The notes under the pieces are model-generated. The model was not told where the DNA came from and searched no databases. It worked only from the letters and a program-made list of their open reading frames with translations. A DNA stretch of 64,000 nucleotides from an uncultured delta proteobacterium (GTDB lineage Bacteria > Myxococcota > Kuafuiibacteriia > Kuafuiibacteriales > Kuafuiibacteriaceae), in assembly GCA_963803435.1 (NCBI GenBank), contig CAWDML010000001.1, forward strand, positions 256,001 through 320,000, given 5' to 3'. The position numbers and the translations under genes are program-made. Shown piece by piece: positions 19,215-28,297 of the stretch; position 1 is the stretch's first letter, and each line of letters begins with the position of its first letter.

Positions 19215-21791
19215 ATGCGGCGAAACGGCGAAAAGGACGCGGAGGCGTCCGGCGAGGAGGGCAAGCTCGACCGCTACTACGGGAAGCGGAGCGCCGACTC
19301 CACACCGGAGCCGTATGGTCAGACGTCGATCCCGCGCCCTCGGATCTTCGTGGTCCAAAAGCACGCCGCCCGCCGCACCCACTACGACCTGCGCCTCGAG
19401 CTCAACGGCGTCCTCGAGTCCTGGGCGATCCCGCACGGACCGAGCTTCGATCCGGCCATCAAGCGGCTGGCGGTGAAGGTCGAGGCCCACCCGCTCAACT
19501 ACGCCGACTTCGAAGGGGTGATCCCGGACGGAAACTACGGCGCAGGCTCCATGATCGTGTGGGACCGCGGCACCTGGCTCCCGCTCGAGGACCCCGACGA
19601 GGGCATGGAGCGGGGCAACCTCAAGTTCGAGCTCAAGGGCTACAAGCTGCGCGGCAAGTGGGGCCTGGTGAAGACCAAGGGCGACACCTCACAATGGCTG
19701 CTGATCAAGAAGGCCGACGCCTGGGCGGCGCCCGAGGGGAAGCGGAAGGTGGCGCAGGAGTCGATCCTATCAGGGCTCACGGTGGAGGATCTCAAGCAGG
19801 GACACCAGCGGATCGGGGAGATCGTGGAGGAGATCCGAGCGGCCGGCGGCGAGGCGCGCGCGGTCGATCCCAGGTCCCTCAAGGTGATGCTGGCCGAGAC
19901 CGCCGACGCGCCGTTCTCCCGCGAGGGCTGGATCTTCGAGCTCAAGTACGACGGCTACCGCCTCGTCTGCTCACGCAAGGACGGCGAGATCCGCCTCTAC
20001 TATCGGAGCGGCAACGACGCGACCGACATCTATCCCGACGTGGTCCGCACGCTGACCGCACTGCCCTTCGAGAACTTCCTCTTCGACGCGGAGGTGGTGG
20101 TCCTCGACGACGAGGCCAAGCCCAGCATCTACCGGCTCCAGCAGCGGACGCAGTGGCAGCGGGCCGTCGACATCGAACGGGCGGCCGTCGCGCACCCGGC
20201 CACGCTGTACGTCTTCGACCTGCTGTGGTTCGAAGGGCTGGATCTGCGGGCGCTCCCGGTGGTGGAGCGGAAGCGCGTCCTGCAGAAGCTGCTGCCCAAG
20301 GCCGGGCCCATGCGCTTCGCCGATCACATCGAGACCCGGGGTGAGGTCTTCTTCCGCGAGGTGGAGAAGCTGGGGCTCGAGGGCATCATGGCCAAGCGTG
20401 CGGCCAGCCGCTACTCGAGCGGACGCTCGAGCGACTGGCTGAAGATGCCGGCGCAGAAGTCCGGGGACTTCGTGATCGTCGGCTTCACGCTCCCCGACAA
20501 GGTCACGCGCACGGGGTTCCGGAACCTGCACCTGGCGCGCTATCTCGGCGATCAGCTGACGTACGTGGGGAAGGTGGGCTCGGGATTCTCGGAGGACCGG
20601 CTGATCGAGATCCGCGAGCAGCTCGAGCCCTTGATCCAGGAGGAGCGCGGCTTCGTCGGTGAGGTGGAGAAGTCGCGCGGGGGCGAGACCTGGGTCTGGC
20701 TGAAGCCGCGCCTGGTGGCGGAGATCCGGTACCTCCACTTCTCCGAGGACGGCCACCTCCGCTTCCCGGTGTTCCAGCAGATCCGGGTCGACAAGACCGC
20801 GGAGGATCTCCTCCACGAGTCGGTCCCCCCGCCGCCCCTCGAGGCCCCACCCGAGGTCGGCGAGCTCGACGACGACGACGCCGCGGCCCTGCGCAGCGTG
20901 CCCTTCACCAACCTCGACAAGGTGTTCTGGCAGGACGAGGGCTACACGAAGGGGGATCTGATCGACTACTACCGGAGCGTCTCCGACTGGCTGCTCCCGT
21001 ACATCCACGATCGTCCGGTGGTGCTGACGCGCTTCCCGGACGGCATCAAGGGCAAGAGCTTCTACCAGAAGGACGCGCCGCCGTTCGTCCCCGGATGGGT
21101 ACGCACCGAGCGGATGTGGAGCGAGCATTCGCAGCGCGAGATCGACTACTTCGTCTGCGACGATCTGGAGAGCCTGCTCTATCTGATCAACCTGGGCTCG
21201 ATCCCGATCCACATGTGGATGAGCCAGGCCTCCCACCTCCAGCAGCCCACCTGGTCCTTGCTGGATCTCGATCCGAAGAAGGCGAGCTTTCAGCAGGTGA
21301 TCGAGGTAGCGAACGCGATCCGCGCGCTCTGCGAGGAGATCGGCCTGCCCTCGTACGTGAAGACGACCGGCTCCACCGGCCTGCACATCCTGGTACCGCT
21401 CGGCAGGAGGTGCACCTTCGAGCAGTCGCGGTCGCTGGCGCAGCTGATCGGCCACGTGGTGGTGCGCGAGCTGCCCGACACCGCCACCATGACCCGGAAC
21501 ATTGCCTCGCGCGGTGAGCGGGTCTACATCGACTGGCTCCAGAACCGGCACGGGCAGCTGATGGTGTCGCCGCTCTCGGTCCGGCCGCTGGACGGCGCGC
21601 CCGTCTCGATGATGCTCGAGTGGTCGGAGGTGACCTCCGGCCTCGACCCTCAGGGATGGAACATCGACAACGCGGCCGAGCGGCTCGCCTCGATGCATCG
21701 GGACCCGATGCGCGAGGTGCTCGCGGTGACCCCGGACCTGCCGAAAGTGCTCGACGCCCTCAAGGCACACGTTCAAGGTGGAGGCTCATGA
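19215..21791 (+). CDS. ligD: DNA ligase D (phosphoesterase-ligase-polymerase)
   Basis: FVVQKHAARRTHYDLRLE, ELKYDGYR, GLEGIMAKR, FTNLDKVFW, DLDP, KTTGSTGLH. Confidence 0.95.
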   Translation: MRRNGEKDAEASGEEGKLDRYYGKRSADSTPEPYGQTSIPRPRIFVVQKHAARRTHYDLRLELNGVLESWAIPHGPSFDPAIKRLAVKVEAHPLNYADFEGVIPDGNYGAGSMIVWDRGTWLPLEDPDEGMERGNLKFELKGYKLRGKWGLVKTKGDTSQWLLIKKADAWAAPEGKRKVAQESILSGLTVEDLKQGHQRIGEIVEEIRAAGGEARAVDPRSLKVMLAETADAPFSREGWIFELKYDGYRLVCSRKDGEIRLYYRSGNDATDIYPDVVRTLTALPFENFLFDAEVVVLDDEAKPSIYRLQQRTQWQRAVDIERAAVAHPATLYVFDLLWFEGLDLRALPVVERKRVLQKLLPKAGPMRFADHIETRGEVFFREVEKLGLEGIMAKRAASRYSSGRSSDWLKMPAQKSGDFVIVGFTLPDKVTRTGFRNLHLARYLGDQLTYVGKVGSGFSEDRLIEIREQLEPLIQEERGFVGEVEKSRGGETWVWLKPRLVAEIRYLHFSEDGHLRFPVFQQIRVDKTAEDLLHESVPPPPLEAPPEVGELDDDDAAALRSVPFTNLDKVFWQDEGYTKGDLIDYYRSVSDWLLPYIHDRPVVLTRFPDGIKGKSFYQKDAPPFVPGWVRTERMWSEHSQREIDYFVCDDLESLLYLINLGSIPIHMWMSQASHLQQPTWSLLDLDPKKASFQQVIEVANAIRALCEEIGLPSYVKTTGSTGLHILVPLGRRCTFEQSRSLAQLIGHVVVRELPDTATMTRNIASRGERVYIDWLQNRHGQLMVSPLSVRPLDGAPVSMMLEWSEVTSGLDPQGWNIDNAAERLASMHRDPMREVLAVTPDLPKVLDALKAHVQGGGS

Positions 21792-22507
21792 CACCGGAGG
21801 AGGTGCGGTCGCTGGCGGCCGACTACGAGGGGCGGACACCGCAGGACATCCTGCGGCTGGCGTTCGACCGCATCGACGAGGTCGCCGTCGCCTTCAGCGG
21901 CTCCGAGGACGTCGTCCTGATCGCGATGGCGAAGAAGATCGATCCGAACGTCTCGGTCTTCTGCCTCGACACCGGGCGGCTGCACCCGGAGACCTACCGG
22001 TTCATCGAGAAGGTCCGGAAGCACCTCGACGTCGAGATCGAGATGCTGTTCCCCGACGCGGCCCGCGTGGAGAAGCTGGTGCGGGAGAAGGGGCTGTTCA
22101 GCTTCTACGAGGATGGGCACCAGGAGTGCTGCTCGATCCGCAAGGTGGGGCCGCTCCGGAAGCGCCTGGCGGCGCTGTCCGGCTGGGTCACGGGACAGCG
22201 GCGCGATCAGAGCCCGGACACGCGGGCCCGGATCCCGGTGATCGAGGTGGACAACGCCTTCTCCACGAAGGAGCGCACGCTGGTGAAGGTCAACCCGCTG
22301 GCCGCCTGGAGCTCGGCGGAGGTCTGGGCTTACCTCTCCGCCGAGGAGCTTCCCCACAACGAGCTCCACGAGCGGGGCTACGCCAGCATCGGCTGCGAGC
22401 CCTGCACCCGGGCGATCCTTCCGCACGAGCCGGAGCGCGCCGGCCGATGGTGGTGGGAGCAGGCCCGGGAGAAAGAGTGCGGCATCCACGCGGAGAACAA
22501 GCGGTGA
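21788..22507 (+). CDS. cysH: APS/PAPS reductase (Fe-S APS-reductase type)
   Basis: AFSGSED, LDTGRLH, CCSIRK, SIGCEPCT, RAGRWWWE, KECGIH; ATGA overlap with ligD. Confidence 0.93.
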   Translation: MTPEEVRSLAADYEGRTPQDILRLAFDRIDEVAVAFSGSEDVVLIAMAKKIDPNVSVFCLDTGRLHPETYRFIEKVRKHLDVEIEMLFPDAARVEKLVREKGLFSFYEDGHQECCSIRKVGPLRKRLAALSGWVTGQRRDQSPDTRARIPVIEVDNAFSTKERTLVKVNPLAAWSSAEVWAYLSAEELPHNELHERGYASIGCEPCTRAILPHEPERAGRWWWEQAREKECGIHAENKR

Positions 22508-22836
22508 AGATTACACTCGTCAAGAAGATCAAGCTCGACGGCTCTCCCTGCCGGAAGTGCGCCCAGGTGCTCGAACGCCTGGAAAAGGAGGGTCACCTGT
22601 CGCGGATCGATCGGATCGTGACGGCCGACGAGCGCGACCAGGAGAGCGAGGGGATGAAGCTGGCGAGGCACCACGCGGTAGAGCTGGCGCCTTTCTTCAT
22701 CGTGGAGAGTGACGGCGCCGAGCCGCGCGTGTACACGACCTATCATCGCTTCGTGAAAGAGGTGCTCTCGGAGACCGTCGACCAGGAGGAGGCCGACCGA
22801 GAGGTCCTGGAACGTACGGATCTCGACTTTATCTGA
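22504..22836 (+). CDS. Small CxxC thioredoxin/glutaredoxin-like protein
   Basis: GTG overlaps the cysH stop; KKIKLDGSPCRKC...APFFIVE. Confidence 0.7.
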   Translation: MKITLVKKIKLDGSPCRKCAQVLERLEKEGHLSRIDRIVTADERDQESEGMKLARHHAVELAPFFIVESDGAEPRVYTTYHRFVKEVLSETVDQEEADREVLERTDLDFI

Positions 22837-22844
22837 GGTCTCAT

Positions 22845-23282
22845 ATGAAAGAGCAGGACAAGAGGAAGGATCAGCGGCTCAAGAAGTTCTGGAGCTGGTT
22901 CGACGACGAGGTGGGCGCGGAGGCGTTCGGGGAGCGGGCGGAGACCGTCCAGAACGATCACGTCATGTACCCCGAGGATGTGGAGGACCGGCTCAGCTCG
23001 GAGGACGACGACTTCGTCGTGATCGATACACGCGAGATGGAGCAGTTCGAGGAGGCGCACGTGAAGGGCGCCATCAACATCCCGATCGACGAGATGATCG
23101 ACGACCTCGGACGGGTCGAGACGCACAAGGACAAGACGATCGCGCTGGTGTGCAACACCGGCTCCACGACCTCGTTCTTCGCCGCGATCTTCCTGCTCGA
23201 GAACGGCTTCGAAGAGGTCTACAACCTCGACCAGGGGCTGCAAGGCTGGATCGCCTCCGGCGGCGAGACCGAGCCCGACTGA
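22845..23282 (+). CDS. Rhodanese-like domain protein
   Basis: VIDTREMEQFEEAHVKGAINIP, LVCNTG, YNLDQGLQGW. Confidence 0.85.
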   Translation: MKEQDKRKDQRLKKFWSWFDDEVGAEAFGERAETVQNDHVMYPEDVEDRLSSEDDDFVVIDTREMEQFEEAHVKGAINIPIDEMIDDLGRVETHKDKTIALVCNTGSTTSFFAAIFLLENGFEEVYNLDQGLQGWIASGGETEPD

Positions 23283-23285
23283 GGC

Positions 23286-24554
23286 TCACAGCCCGGCCCG
23301 CTTCATCACCTTGTAGAGACCGCCGCGGGAGAGACCGGCGGCCTCGGCGGCCCGGCTCACCACGCCGTCGTGGCGCGACAGGAGCGTGCGCAGGTAGCGG
23401 CGCTCGAACCGGCGCAGAGCCTCGTCGTAGCGCTCCTCGGGCTGCTCGTCGGGGAAGAGGTGCTGCGGGCGGAGCGGGCCGCCCTTGGCGAGGACCACCG
23501 CGCGCTCGACCACGTTGCGCAGCTCGCGCGCGTTGCCGGGCCAGTCGTAGGCCTCCAGGAGCGCGATCGCGTCGGCCCCGATCTCGCCCAGGTGATCGAA
23601 GCGGTCCGCGAAGCGCCGCACCAGGAGCTCGACGTCCTCCGGCCGCTCCCGGAGCGGGAGCACCTTGGCCCGGACGACGTCGAGGCGGTGGTAGAGGTCG
23701 GCGCGGAACGTGCGCGCCTCCACCATGCGGACCAGCGAGCGGTGGGTCGCGGCGACGAAGCGGACGTCGATCGTGCGCTCGCGGTCCTCGCCGACTCGGG
23801 ACAGCGTGCGGCTCTCGAGCACGCGCAGCAGCTTGGGCTGGAGCTCGAGCGGGAGCTCGCCGACCTCGTCGAGGAACAGGGTGCCACCGCCCGCGCGCTC
23901 GAAGGCTCCGGTCCGCGGGGCGACCGCGCCCGTGAACGCGCCCTCGACATGACCGAACAGCTGGCTGGCGAGCAGGCTCTCCTGGATCGAGGCGCAGTCG
24001 ACCACCACGTAAGGGCCGACGGCTCGCGGCGAGGCCTCGTGGATGGCGCGCGCGAGCAGCTCCTTACCGGTGCCCGTCTCACCCTCGAGGATCACGGTGG
24101 CGTCGGAGGAGGAGGCCACCGCGATCTGCCCCAGCACGCGCCGCATCCCCTCGGACCGGGTGGCGAAGTCGCCGAAGCGGTCGACGCCCTGGATCTCGAT
24201 CGGGCGATCGACCGCCGTCAGCCGGAGCGTCGAGCGGCCCACCCGGATGCGACCGCCGGCGACCACGAACGCGCGCTCGACCCGCGTGTTGCCGATGCGC
24301 GTTCCGTTCTTGCTGTTCAGGTCCTTGGCGTCGAGTCCCTCGGGAAAGAGCCGCAGCTCCAGGTGGTAGCGGGAGACGCCCGGATCGGTGAGCACCAGAT
24401 CGTTGTCGCCGTGCGTCCCGACCAGCACGGTGCCGGCGGAGCGCTCGACCGAAAGACCGGCGTCGGGGCCCACGCTGACCTCGACCCGCCAGGTGCGCTC
24501 GACCATCGCCCCGGCCTCGGTGCTCGTGAGCAGCGTGGCGGTCGGCGAGGTCAC
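23286..24554 (-). CDS. FHA-domain sigma-54 enhancer-binding protein
   Basis: VSRYH..DLNSKNGT (FHA), GETGTGKE, GAFTGA, FLDEVGE, WPGNAREL, HTH. Confidence 0.92.
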   Translation of the reverse strand: MTSPTATLLTSTEAGAMVERTWRVEVSVGPDAGLSVERSAGTVLVGTHGDNDLVLTDPGVSRYHLELRLFPEGLDAKDLNSKNGTRIGNTRVERAFVVAGGRIRVGRSTLRLTAVDRPIEIQGVDRFGDFATRSEGMRRVLGQIAVASSSDATVILEGETGTGKELLARAIHEASPRAVGPYVVVDCASIQESLLASQLFGHVEGAFTGAVAPRTGAFERAGGGTLFLDEVGELPLELQPKLLRVLESRTLSRVGEDRERTIDVRFVAATHRSLVRMVEARTFRADLYHRLDVVRAKVLPLRERPEDVELLVRRFADRFDHLGEIGADAIALLEAYDWPGNARELRNVVERAVVLAKGGPLRPQHLFPDEQPEERYDEALRRFERRYLRTLLSRHDGVVSRAAEAAGLSRGGLYKVMKRAGL

Positions 24555-24598
24555 GCCCTCGACGATAGCACGGCATGCGCCATGCACTCCGCCTGGGG

Positions 24599-24880
24599 AT
24601 GGACGAAGCCACCCTGATCCTGGAGCAGCAGAGCCTGCCTGCGTACTCGGCGCTGGCGCCGACGCTCGAGTATCCGGAGATCCGCCGCACGCAGCGCCGC
24701 GCCCGCTCGCAGCGCTGTTCGGCGGCGCGAACATGGGGGCGTACGCTCTGGCGAACACTGATCGTGTTGCTGTTGATCGGCGCGATCCTCCGCTCGACGG
24801 GGCACCACCGCGCTCACCTCGCCAGCCGGAAGCTCGGCGTGGACGTGCTCCTCGACCTCGAGGTTCACTTCGACCGATGA
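24599..24880 (+). CDS. Small hypothetical membrane protein
   Basis: Fills the gap between the divergent regulators; one hydrophobic stretch (LIVLLLIGAIL). Confidence 0.35.
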   Translation: MDEATLILEQQSLPAYSALAPTLEYPEIRRTQRRARSQRCSAARTWGRTLWRTLIVLLLIGAILRSTGHHRAHLASRKLGVDVLLDLEVHFDR

Positions 24881-24888
24881 CCCCGCTC

Positions 24889-24897
24889 TGCTACAGT
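24889..24897 (+). promoter_or_regulatory. Extended -10 TGCTACAGT 6 nt before GTG 24904
   Basis: TG-C-TACAGT-CGACCG-GTG. Confidence 0.45.
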
Positions 24898-24903
24898 CGA
24901 CCG

Positions 24904-26218
24904 GTGTCGGATGCGCGAACCGTCCCCCATCTGATCGAAGGACAGCCGCTCAGATTGCTGCGCATCGAGGTCGTGGGCGGCCCCGACAAGGGCGCGGTCT
25001 TCGAGCGCGTCACCGACACCGTGACGGTAGGGACCGCCGACGACAACGACCTGGTGCTGAAAGACGAGACCGTCTCCCGCTACCACGCCGAGCTGCAGCC
25101 GATCGGCGATCGCGTCCGGGTGATCGACCACGGATTCCACGAACGGCACCGCGGTGGGCCCCGCGTACCTCGAGCGCGGGACGGTGTCGCGCGGGACTGT
25201 GCTGGCGCTCGGCAAGTCGCTCCTGAAGATCCTCGACGGCGAAGCCCTCGAGGTCGAGCTGTTCGAGCAGGACGACTTCTTCGGGCTGATCGGGCGGAGC
25301 AGCGCGATGCGCCGGTTGATGGCGCGCTTGGCCCAGGCGGCGAAGACCGACGTCTCGGTACTGCTCAACGGCGAGACGGGGACCGGCAAGGAGGTGGTAG
25401 CGCGCTCGCTGCACTCGGCCAGCGCCCGCGCGGCCAAGCCGCTCGAGATCGTCGACTGCGGCGCGCTGATGCCCACCCTGGTCGCGAGCGAGCTCTTCGG
25501 GCACGAGAAGGGCGCCTTCACCGGCGCCAACCAGCAGTACGCGGGCGCTTTCGAGCGCGCCGACGGAGGGACGATCTTCCTCGACGAGATCGGTGAGCTG
25601 ACGCCGGAGCTGCAGGTGCGGCTGCTGGGTGTGCTCGAGCGCCGCGCGTTCCGTCGCGTCGGCGGATCCAAGCCGATCCAGGTCGACGTACGCGTGGTGA
25701 CCGCCACCCACCGCGACCTGCGGCAGCAGGTGAACACGGGCGAGTTCCGGCAGGATCTCTACTACCGGATCGCGGTGGCGCGCCTCGAGATCCCGCCGCT
25801 TCGGGATCGCCTCGAGGACGTCGAGCTCCTGGCCCAGCACTTCCTGAACGACCTCGAGGTCGACGCCCCGCTCCACCAGGTTCTCGCACACGACGCGATG
25901 CTGGCGCTGTCGCGCTACCACTGGCCGGGCAACGTGCGGGAGCTCCGGAACTTCGTGGAATCGGCGGTGGCGTTCGGCGGCGATCCGCCTGACCTGGAGC
26001 TCGAGGAGGGCCAGGCGCCGACGCGCGCCACGCCCTGGACCCGCTACTTCTCGAGACCCTACCGCGACGCCCGCGACCTCGCCATCCACGACTTCCAGTA
26101 CGCGTACCTCAAGGCACTGCTCGAGAAGCACGGCGACAACGTCACGCGCGCCGCGCAGGATGCCGGCATGAACCGACCGCACCTGATCCAGATCCTGAAG
26201 CGGATCGGCCTCCGCTAG
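24904..26218 (+). CDS. FHA-domain sigma-54 enhancer-binding protein; frameshift at 25133-25137
   Basis: VSRYHA + repaired DHGSTNGT, GETGTGKE, GAFTGA, WPGNVREL, HTH. Confidence 0.92.
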
Positions 26219-26248
26219 GAGCGTGTAGCGCGTAAGCGCTCACGCGAC

Positions 26249-26290
26249 CCCGGTCCGGGTCCCGGTCCCGGTCCCGGTCCGGGTCCCGAT
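26249..26290 (+). repeat. Tandem hexamer (CCCGGT-type) x7 inside the left IR
   Basis: CCCGGT CCGGGT CCCGGT CCCGGT CCCGGT CCGGGT CCCGAT. Confidence 0.9.
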
Positions 26291-26310
26291 CTGAAGATGG
26301 CTGCCTTGAG

Positions 26311-26859
26311 TCAGACGCTCGCGACGGTCGCGAGCTTCGATCGGTAGAGCTTGAGCAGGTTGTGGGTGAGGCAGACGAGCGTCCCCTCGGCTCGTACCTT
26401 GAAGAAGGAGCGTAGCGAGAACCGGCGGAATCCTCGTGCCCCTTTGATCTGTCCGAACGCCGGTTCGACGATACTCTTCCTGCGGGCGTAGACCGCCTTG
26501 CCGTCGCGCGTTTGCAACTTGTCTCGCATTCGCTTGCGAGCGAGCGAGGCAGGTGTGGGCTCCGAAGCTGATGAGGACGGAGTCGACGCGTCTTGGTTCT
26601 GTTCGCGTCCAACAGCGATGTGGGCATCGATCTGATTGTTGTCGCAGAATTCGATGTTGGTCGCGCTCAGATAGCCGTTGTCTGCCGTCATCTTCCGCGG
26701 AGCATCGCCGCAGTTGCCGAACACATCACGGAGCATCGGGACGAGGTGTTGCTGATCAGGTGCCTGGTTGCTGACCCCTTCGGCGACAATCACCTGAGCG
26801 TGCTCATCTACGACAACTTGGGCATTGTAGGCCTGGAGGTACGCTCCATCCTTCAACAT
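26311..26859 (-). pseudogene. IS1182-family transposase, C-terminal fragment
   Basis: YLQAYNAQ, TADNGY, YARRKSIVEPAFGQIK..RGFRRFSLR, HNLLKL; N-terminal half missing. Confidence 0.85.
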
Positions 26860-27046
26860 GATCCTGGTTCGAGCTGGTCAGCCTGCGCTCTTGCCTTCTC
26901 GGCTCGAGTTCTCGCTCGCTTCTGCTCCACCCGATCCTCGCCAACGAGCAGAAGGTCCAAGCCGCCAGAGCCAAGCTCAAGCGCGTTGTCGAGAGGCTCA
27001 CGCGCCTCATCAAGTCGATGAACGCACGCCGGGCTGCATGATCGCC

Positions 27047-27082
27047 ATCGGGACCGGGACCGGGACCGGGACCCGGACCGGG
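27047..27082 (-). repeat. Tandem hexamer (ACCGGG-type) x6 inside the right IR, inverted copy of 26249-26290
   Basis: ATCGGG ACCGGG ACCGGG ACCGGG ACCCGG ACCGGG. Confidence 0.9.
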
Positions 27083-27114
27083 CTCGCGGTAGCGCTACGC
27101 GCTACACGCTCCTA

Positions 27115-28297
27115 GTCAGCCGGGTCCGAAATCTCTAGCGTGTAGATCCTTTGTGTGATCTACGTGGTTCGTGGGGGCGAACAAAGGACCTCGAAAAACG
27201 GAGATCACGCTGACTGACGACGAACAGCGCGAGCTCGAACGATTGACTCGTCGCGTGCGGTCGAATCGACAGCTGGCACTTCGCGCGAAACTGGTGCTGA
27301 GCAGTTCCACTGGCGCGACCGATGCGGCGGTGGCGCGGAACCATCACGTGTCTCACCACACCGTTCGTCTGTGGAGAAGGCGGTTTGCGGAGTGCCGTCT
27401 CGAGGGGCTGTACGACCAGCCTCGCGTCGGCGCTCCGCGAAAGATCAGTGATGATCAGGTTGAAGAGATCGTGGTGCAAACGCTGGAAACGACGCCGAAG
27501 GGCCGTACGCATTGGAGCACGCGGAAGATGGCAAAGAATGCCGGGGTGAGCGCCAGTAGCGTCGGACGGATCTGGCGGGCGCATGGCCTCAAGCCCCACG
27601 TCGTTCGCGGTTTCAAGTTGTCGAACGATCCGCAGTTCATCTCGAAGATTCGCGACGTCGTCGGTCTGTACATGAGCCCGCCCGACAACGCTGTCGTGTT
27701 CTCCTTCGACGAGAAGCCGCAGGTCCAGGCGCTGGAGCGTGCTCAACCGATCCTTCCGATGGATCTCGGGATGCCCGAGCGACAGACCCACAACTACATC
27801 CGCCACGGAACGCTCGACCTCTTCGCCGCCCTCAACGTCGCCACGGGCAAGGTCATCGCGCAGACCAAGGCACGACACCGAGCGAAGGACTTCGTCGCAT
27901 TCCTCGGGACGATCGACAACGCGGTAGAGCCGGAACTTGACGTTCACGTCATCCTCGACAACCTCGCGACGCACAAGACTCCACAGGTTAAGAGGTGGCT
28001 GCTACGCAATCCGCGCTTCCAGCTCCACTTCACACCAACCTATTCCTCATGGCTAAACCTGGTGGAACGGTTCTTCGCACTGCTGACCGAGGAAGCACTC
28101 ACTCGCGGCTCCCACACCAGCGTCCCGGTACTTCGCAAGGCGATCGTCGACTACGTCGAAGTGCACAACGAAGAAGGCAAGCCCTTCGTATGGACGAAGA
28201 CGGCCGACGAGATCCTCGACAAGATCATGGATTTCGGCAGACGCACAAAGCAGGTCCACCGCGGATAAATGCGCTAGAAATCAGTGATCCAGCTGAC
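27115..28297 (+). mobile_element. IS630-family insertion sequence, apparently intact
   Basis: 26-bp imperfect IRs GTCAGCCGGGTCCGAAATCTCTAGCG / GTCAGCTGGATCACTGATTTCTAGCG (19/26 match); TA flanks within CTAG. Confidence 0.9.
27171..28268 (+). CDS. IS630-family transposase
   Basis: HTH (THWSTRKMA), DDE triad FDEK / LDNLATHK / WLNLVERFF. Confidence 0.95.
   Translation: MGANKGPRKTEITLTDDEQRELERLTRRVRSNRQLALRAKLVLSSSTGATDAAVARNHHVSHHTVRLWRRRFAECRLEGLYDQPRVGAPRKISDDQVEEIVVQTLETTPKGRTHWSTRKMAKNAGVSASSVGRIWRAHGLKPHVVRGFKLSNDPQFISKIRDVVGLYMSPPDNAVVFSFDEKPQVQALERAQPILPMDLGMPERQTHNYIRHGTLDLFAALNVATGKVIAQTKARHRAKDFVAFLGTIDNAVEPELDVHVILDNLATHKTPQVKRWLLRNPRFQLHFTPTYSSWLNLVERFFALLTEEALTRGSHTSVPVLRKAIVDYVEVHNEEGKPFVWTKTADEILDKIMDFGRRTKQVHRG

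Larger units (their letters stand above)
26219..27111 (-). mobile_element. Internally deleted IS1182-family element with long terminal inverted repeats, flanked by CTAG
   Basis: IRs at 26219-26290 and 27047-27111, both starting GAGCGTGTAGCGCGTA; CTAG at 26215-18 and 27112-15; transposase remnant inside. Confidence 0.8.

Noticed and set aside
21788-23282. cysH plus rhodanese as a DndC-like phosphorothioation module explaining the GATC signature
   Set aside because: The protein is a normal-length APS reductase with the ECGIH tail; no dndB/D/E or ssp genes are visible in the window.
24567-24582. Sigma-54 promoter-like TGGCGC-N-GTGCT on the minus strand
   Set aside because: GG-N10-GC spacing fits, but the match is weak in GC-rich DNA and the same bases are explained by an extended -10 before GTG 24554.
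26249-27082. Repeats as a possible CRISPR array
   Set aside because: Spacer-less hexamers inside IS inverted repeats; no cas genes.
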